Assembly (NCBI GenBank): GCA_030141605.1
Contig: JAQGDQ010000559.1
Span: forward strand, 1-64,000
Reading direction: 5' to 3'
Length of the DNA stretch: 64,000 nt
DNA from: Tubiluchus corallicola
Taxonomy: Eukaryota; Animalia; Priapulida
The notes under the pieces are model-generated. The model made no database searches. It saw nothing but the letters and a program-made list of their open reading frames with translations, and was not told the origin of the DNA. Positions within the stretch are counted from its first letter, which is position 1, and each line of letters opens with the position of its first letter. A program made the translations under genes and the position numbers. This document shows positions 58,821-64,000 of the stretch, one piece after another.

Positions 58821-59246
58821 ACCACAGAGTTGAAATGTCACAGCTTGTTATTACGACACGGTAACTTTGGCTGTACCACAGAGTTGATATGTCACGGCAT
58901 GTTATTGTGTTATAGTAACTTTGGCTATACCATAGAGTTGAAATGTCACAGCACGTTATTACGACACAGTAACTTTGGCTGTACCACAGAGTTGATATGT
59001 CACAGCATGTTATTACGATACATTAACTTTGGCTGTCACCAGAGTTGATATGTCACAGCATGTTATTATGATATAGTAACTTTGGCTGTACCACAGAGTT
59101 GATATGCCACAGCATGTTATTACGATACAGTAACTTTAGCTGTACCAGAGTTGATATGTCACAGCATGTTATTGCAATACAGTAACTTTGGCTGTACCAG
59201 AGTTGATATGTCACAGCATGTTATTACGATACAGTAACTTTGGCTG
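58821..59246. repeat. 54-bp minisatellite, ~8 copies
   Basis: Unit ACCACAGAGTTGATATGTCACAGCATGTTATTACGATACAGTAACTTTGGCTGT. Confidence 0.92.
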
Positions 59247-60405
59247 CAAAAGTTACAAGTCTACAGATATACAGTGGTCTCTCGCTACTTTGGGGTTCGT
59301 TTATTGTAGACTCGCTGTTTCACTGGTTTTCAAAAATATCAATGTAAAATATTTATCGTTATATTGATCGACACGCGGTATATGTATTGATCGATTCACC
59401 TCTGAGTTTGTCTATTTGGCGACATAACGAATATAGTTTACATAAGCACTCATCCTAGCATGACGTGGCGAGGGTGGGGACTTAACGAGGTAAATATCAA
59501 AGCAGGAAATCCGTGCTGGTACTTTCTATGGCGAGAGACGAGTTTGGCGGCATAACGAGGCTAGACTGTACTGCAAACTAAATTAAAAATTTTGACCACG
59601 TAAAATACTAAGAGTGGTAATAAGTTACCCCACATCAGGTAGCATCTGGTACTCGTGCTTTACAAAAAATCATGAATAATACTTTTCAACAAAACCAAGG
59701 TATGGTTGCATAACAAATTGAAAAATATCTAATCACTATTAGTTTGAAAATTTTTCGTTTTGCGCATCAATATAAAAAATGTGAGCAAACACTACTGGGG
59801 TAATTTTTCACCCCACCTTGGTTGGCTAAGGGTTAAAAAGAAAGTGTCCACTAACCGTATGGAGGTGTTTGATGTAGAGTGTTGAGTGTTGGGACCAAAT
59901 GTACCTTAAAGTGAAAAACTGTGTCAGCTGATGTAAGAAATGGCTTCATGTAATTTACCTAGTGAAAATAGCGAACACGGGACAATTCCTGTAAATTTTA
60001 ACTATACAGAAAAATCGGAAAATTTTACATAGGTAATATATGGTGTACGAAATAGTTATAGTAATAGTAGTAGTAGTAATAATAGTAGATAATTTTTTCA
60101 TTATTAATTAAGTTTTATTAAGTTATTGATGCAATAGCAATGGAAAATTTGCATAAATTAGCTTATAATACATGGCTTCTGAATAACTATGTCTCAAAAA
60201 TTGTGTGTGTGTGTGGGGGGGGGGGAGTCCGTTATATGACACAGCGCAATGTTTTTAGAAGTGCGTTCAGCTTTGGTGTGTGATTGATAAAATAAACTAC
60301 ATTAATATATTTTAGGGGGGGGGGGAAATCCAGAATCTCCGATTCTCTGTGATAGGCAAAGTGTAGAAATGATAGAAAATTAGAACAGAAATTATCGGTG
60401 ACTCG

Positions 60406-60513
60406 GTATAGCATTACTTGTATACCCAGGTATAGCATTACTTGTATACCCAGGTATAGCATTACTTGTATACCCAGGTATAGCATTACTTGTATACCCA
60501 GGTATAGCATTAC
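60406..60513. repeat. 24-bp tandem repeat, ~4.5 copies
   Basis: Unit GGTATAGCATTACTTGTATACCCA. Confidence 0.92.
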
Positions 60514-62266
60514 ACAACTCATTTTTCCTAGGATTTAGTATAAGCATCTCGGCAGTAATGCATTTGAGTGAGTAAGTCGGTTAGGCGGTAAGTAAAAAAG
60601 TCTAAACCCCCTAAGAACTAAATTGCCATTCTTGTTTGTATTATAACGTAAGAGAAAATTTTATGTAATGATGTTAATGTATGTACGAAACTGTTCATCT
60701 GTACAGTATTGTGTAAAAAAATATTTTAGGATTATATTTGTTAATATAATTATGATGAATATATATATATATATTAGTTTTTTTCTAAAAAACGTTTTTT
60801 TGCATATGAGTGAGTGTTGGCTGCACTTAGTAATAAAAAGAAACACCAGCTCATAAATTATGTAGATGAAAAATAGTTATTCATTGTAATGTACATGTAC
60901 AACTGCAGTAGATACAACTTACTGACAATGCTGTATATAAACATGAATGTTTAAACAACTTCAACATTGGTGTAGTGGACTAGCAAGGAAATGTTTCACG
61001 GTGGGGACAAAACTAAGCACATAATTCAACTTATAAAATGCATATAATTTAATAATACAAAACGGGGGCAATAATAATCACCCTAACGGGGTGCGTGGGG
61101 GTCAACAAGCTCAAGATGAGACAAGGGATAACAATAAACTGACTAGATTTCTTAACTCCTTCAGGACCGCATCATTCAAAATGGATCTTATAAGAACTAT
61201 GACTTTTCTACTACTGTATGAGCACAGACATAACTAGATGATTATAAATTAGGCACTGTTCTATTCAGGAGAAACTTGGCAATCTAATCATGTTATTTGT
61301 TTAATCAATTATAAGTGATTCAGTTGGATAAAATTCAGAAAAACAAGCCCTTTTCAGGCATTCCAGCTTTGTCTGTTGAGTAGCTTAGTCTGGTGTACAC
61401 TTGCGTGATCGTACACACTATTTTATTGATTGCCTGCTTGCTACAGCAACTGTCTGCTGTACAGTATTCCAGGAAAAACCAACTGATCAGCCAAGGATAA
61501 ATTAAGGTAGTTTTAACAGGAACTTCTCCTTAAAAATAGAGGAGACTCGAGGCCAAAGTGTATCAGAGTGTTATGTCTGCATAATTGAAATTTCCCGCAT
61601 TAACCGATGTCACACAAGTGCTACTGTACATTGTTACAATGCAATCATTGCAGTTAATAAAAGTTTTTTTCTACTTATTCGTCAAAAATCAATTTCTAAT
61701 TTGTCTAATGTAAGCAAATGCATTTCATATATAATTCTGCAAGGAAATCCATCGCGTGAGGAGTAGAAACCTACAAAAATTATCAAATACAACGTGATCG
61801 TTGCTTAGTGAGAGCAGTTTTCCATGAAGCCATGCAAAATGCAACAAACGCTTACGGTCCTGAAGGAGTTAAGAATCTTTTCTTAAGAGACAACTTGGAA
61901 CAATATGGAGTATCTTCCAGTTTTTCACGATTTCTCAAAATTTATGAAGTGTTCCGCCGTACACATAGGGTTGCCAAACGTCCCTATACGCGGGACACGT
62001 CCCATATTTGATCATTTAACCCATCCCAATCCTGGCATTTCCGGGACACCCGAATGTCCCATATTTTGCAATGATTTCAGTTTCTCACATTTCTTTTAGT
62101 TATTTACGTTACCTGTGTTGAATAATAATAACATTTTTCCATTGTCTGTATAAAAGAAATATTTTCAAATGATTTTAATTTTGTTTTCCTCATAACCCAT
62201 TAAAATCCTTGCTTCATACTTTTAACTCCTGTCTCGACTTTTATATAATGTATTAGTCTGGGTTTG

Positions 62267-62771
62267 CTGTTGTTGGCATCCTTCTGTCTCAGAAGACAAT
62301 GGAGTGTGCGCCAAGAGAGTCTGTTATTGATCACATTGATGAAGTGACCTCTCCAGGGTGCACGCCTGGGCAAGGTGTATGCAGATTCTGAGTTGCCCAG
62401 ACAACAGGAACCCCCTCTCTTCCTCCCTGGTGTGGTCCAAAGGAAAGCGGAGCGATACGTTGGGCACCAGGTTGGCTGCAGGAACTGCCTGAGTGAGTGA
62501 GCATGCTGCACTGGTCCGCCTTCGGGGCTCCACTCCTGATGTGGAAGGTTTACTCCTCTACACATGACTGTTGGGTCACTTGACCTCCTCTGCCCTCTAG
62601 CCGGTGGCTACTTGTGCAGCTCTTCCGCCTAGTGTCGAGATACAGTGTGGGCATCCCGCAAGCCTACAGCGCCTGGTATTCCTAGGCGGTGACCCATCCA
62701 ATTACTAACCAGGCTCTGCGTTGCTTAACTTCGGTGATCAGATGCAAACCGGTGTTTTCAATGTGATATGA
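62267..62771 (-). mobile_element. 5S-rRNA-derived SINE (SINE3-type) with ~390-bp GC-rich body and (CAA)n-ended tail
   Basis: 5S head at 62771-62661 without a T4 terminator; tail CCATTGTCTTCTGAGACAGAAGGATGCCAACAAC also occurs at 42926-42960; candidate TSD TCTG(G/T)GTTTG. Confidence 0.75.
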
Positions 62772-62786
62772 TCTGTGTTTGTAGGC
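62661..62786 (-). pseudogene. Diverged 5S rRNA copy (SINE head, not a functional 5S gene)
   Basis: Reverse complement CATATCACATTGAAAACACCGGTTTGCATCTGATCACCGAAGTTAAGCAACGCAGAGCCTGGTTAGTAATTGGATGGGTCACCGCCTAGGAATACCAGGCGCTGTAGGCT matches metazoan 5S with several substitutions and a disturbed 5' end. Confidence 0.85.
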
Positions 62787-64000
62787 ATGCATAAATTTAC
62801 GTATATAAGAGAGATTTCAAGTTTGTCCCGTATTTCTAATTTTCTAATCTGGCAACCCTATGTACGGAGAAACTAATACATGTATCAGACACATTAACGT
62901 CGCTAAGTGAGGACCGATCATATTCTACAATAGAAATGTTTCTTAATCAGACGCATTAATAAAATAAGAAAGTGCACAATTCATTATTTAAGCACATACG
63001 TATTTACAGATTTTCTCACTAGGCCTATATACGTGAAACAAGACACAAATTGGAATCGACGCAATTTACACAAGCAAAAGCAAAGCAAATTCATTTTGGA
63101 AGTCGATGCGTATCTATACACTCAGCACTTTATCCTCTGCATAATTGTCTGTATTCTTTCCCAATAAGCCTTTTCACAGTTTCGTTTGGCATGCACACGC
63201 GGTTGCTGTAGGTCAAAGGTTAAGTATACCACAGCAATGTGTCTAAACTGCAACCATCATGTGTGAAAAATAAAGCCATCTGTCGCATCAGTTCAGTAAT
63301 TTGAGTTGTTTTATGTGGACTTTACTTAATTATGAACATTAATTATGAATTTGCTTAATCATTTACATTAGAAAGTGCATACATATTTACTAGCAGATCT
63401 TGCTTAGACGAAAAAATGAACTAGAAACCAAAACACAACAAACCACCAACACAAACAAACCCCACACAAACCACAAACTTTACTTAATCATGCATTAGTC
63501 TGTGTATAAGAGTGATTTACTAGCAGGATTTTGCTTAGGAACAAGAAAAAATGAACTAGGTAAGATTCTAGCTGTTAAAACTGTTATTATTACAACAGCA
63601 CGGGCTGTGAGGCTTTGTCAAGTGTACACAAATGTGTTGTCTAGTACGCTTAACCTTTGACCTTTTCATGGTCATCATCAATTAATTGCTGGAACTGTGA
63701 AAAGGCTCATTTTGTACGAAGAAATGATAAACACACGAGATACGAAGAAGTAGAAGAATGTATTTCATTGTCCAGAAGAATCACAGAGGTGCATAAATTA
63801 ACCTAAAAACAGTCTGGAATTTATAAATTACACCGTTCTCCACGCACATTCACTTTACACACAGTTAATTCATTTAAAAAAACGTTACTTCTAACAATCA
63901 CGATGCCTCCGTGTATCTATGCACATATTTACAAAAGAAAAAAACACGTTCGTTGCGAGTAACGAGATATCACGAGCCCGTCCCGTGAGGACTTAGACAG

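Larger units (their letters stand above)
61966..62860. mobile_element. hAT-like MITE (TAGGGTTGCCA ends) hosting the 5S-headed SINE
   Basis: TAGGGTTGCCAAA at 61966 and TCTGGCAACCCTA ending at 62860; GGGAC/GTCCC subterminal motifs. Confidence 0.7.

Noticed and set aside
62661-62786. Functional 5S rRNA gene
   Set aside because: Single copy, disturbed 5' end, substitutions, no T4 terminator, and embedded in a MITE.

Overview
AT-rich, intron-containing DNA from an invertebrate animal; the taxon cannot be fixed from the sequence. It is not prokaryotic and has no CRISPR array or operon. I reconstructed five protein-coding genes by hand. They are an intronless gamma-tubulin complex component 3 (TUBGCP3, +), a 6-exon PSMB2 (+), an 8-exon EIF3H (-) head-to-head with a 4-exon UTP23 (+), and an 11-exon ferroportin SLC40A1 (+); all spliced models have consistent GT-AG phases. 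Introns and intergenic DNA are dense with non-autonomous DNA transposons (Tc1/mariner-, hAT-, MULE- and piggyBac-type), solo LTRs, a deleted Tc1, tRNA-headed SINEs, a 5S-rRNA-headed SINE with an RTE-like tail, and many minisatellites. Several minisatellites visibly arose by expansion of one internal unit of a MITE or SINE whose unexpanded sibling is also in the window. I found no convincing wholly new biological system. The best leads are the 5S-headed SINE, the element-seeded minisatellites, the intronless TUBGCP3 and the EIF3H-UTP23 gene pair. Coordinates were read by eye and repeat boundaries are approximate.
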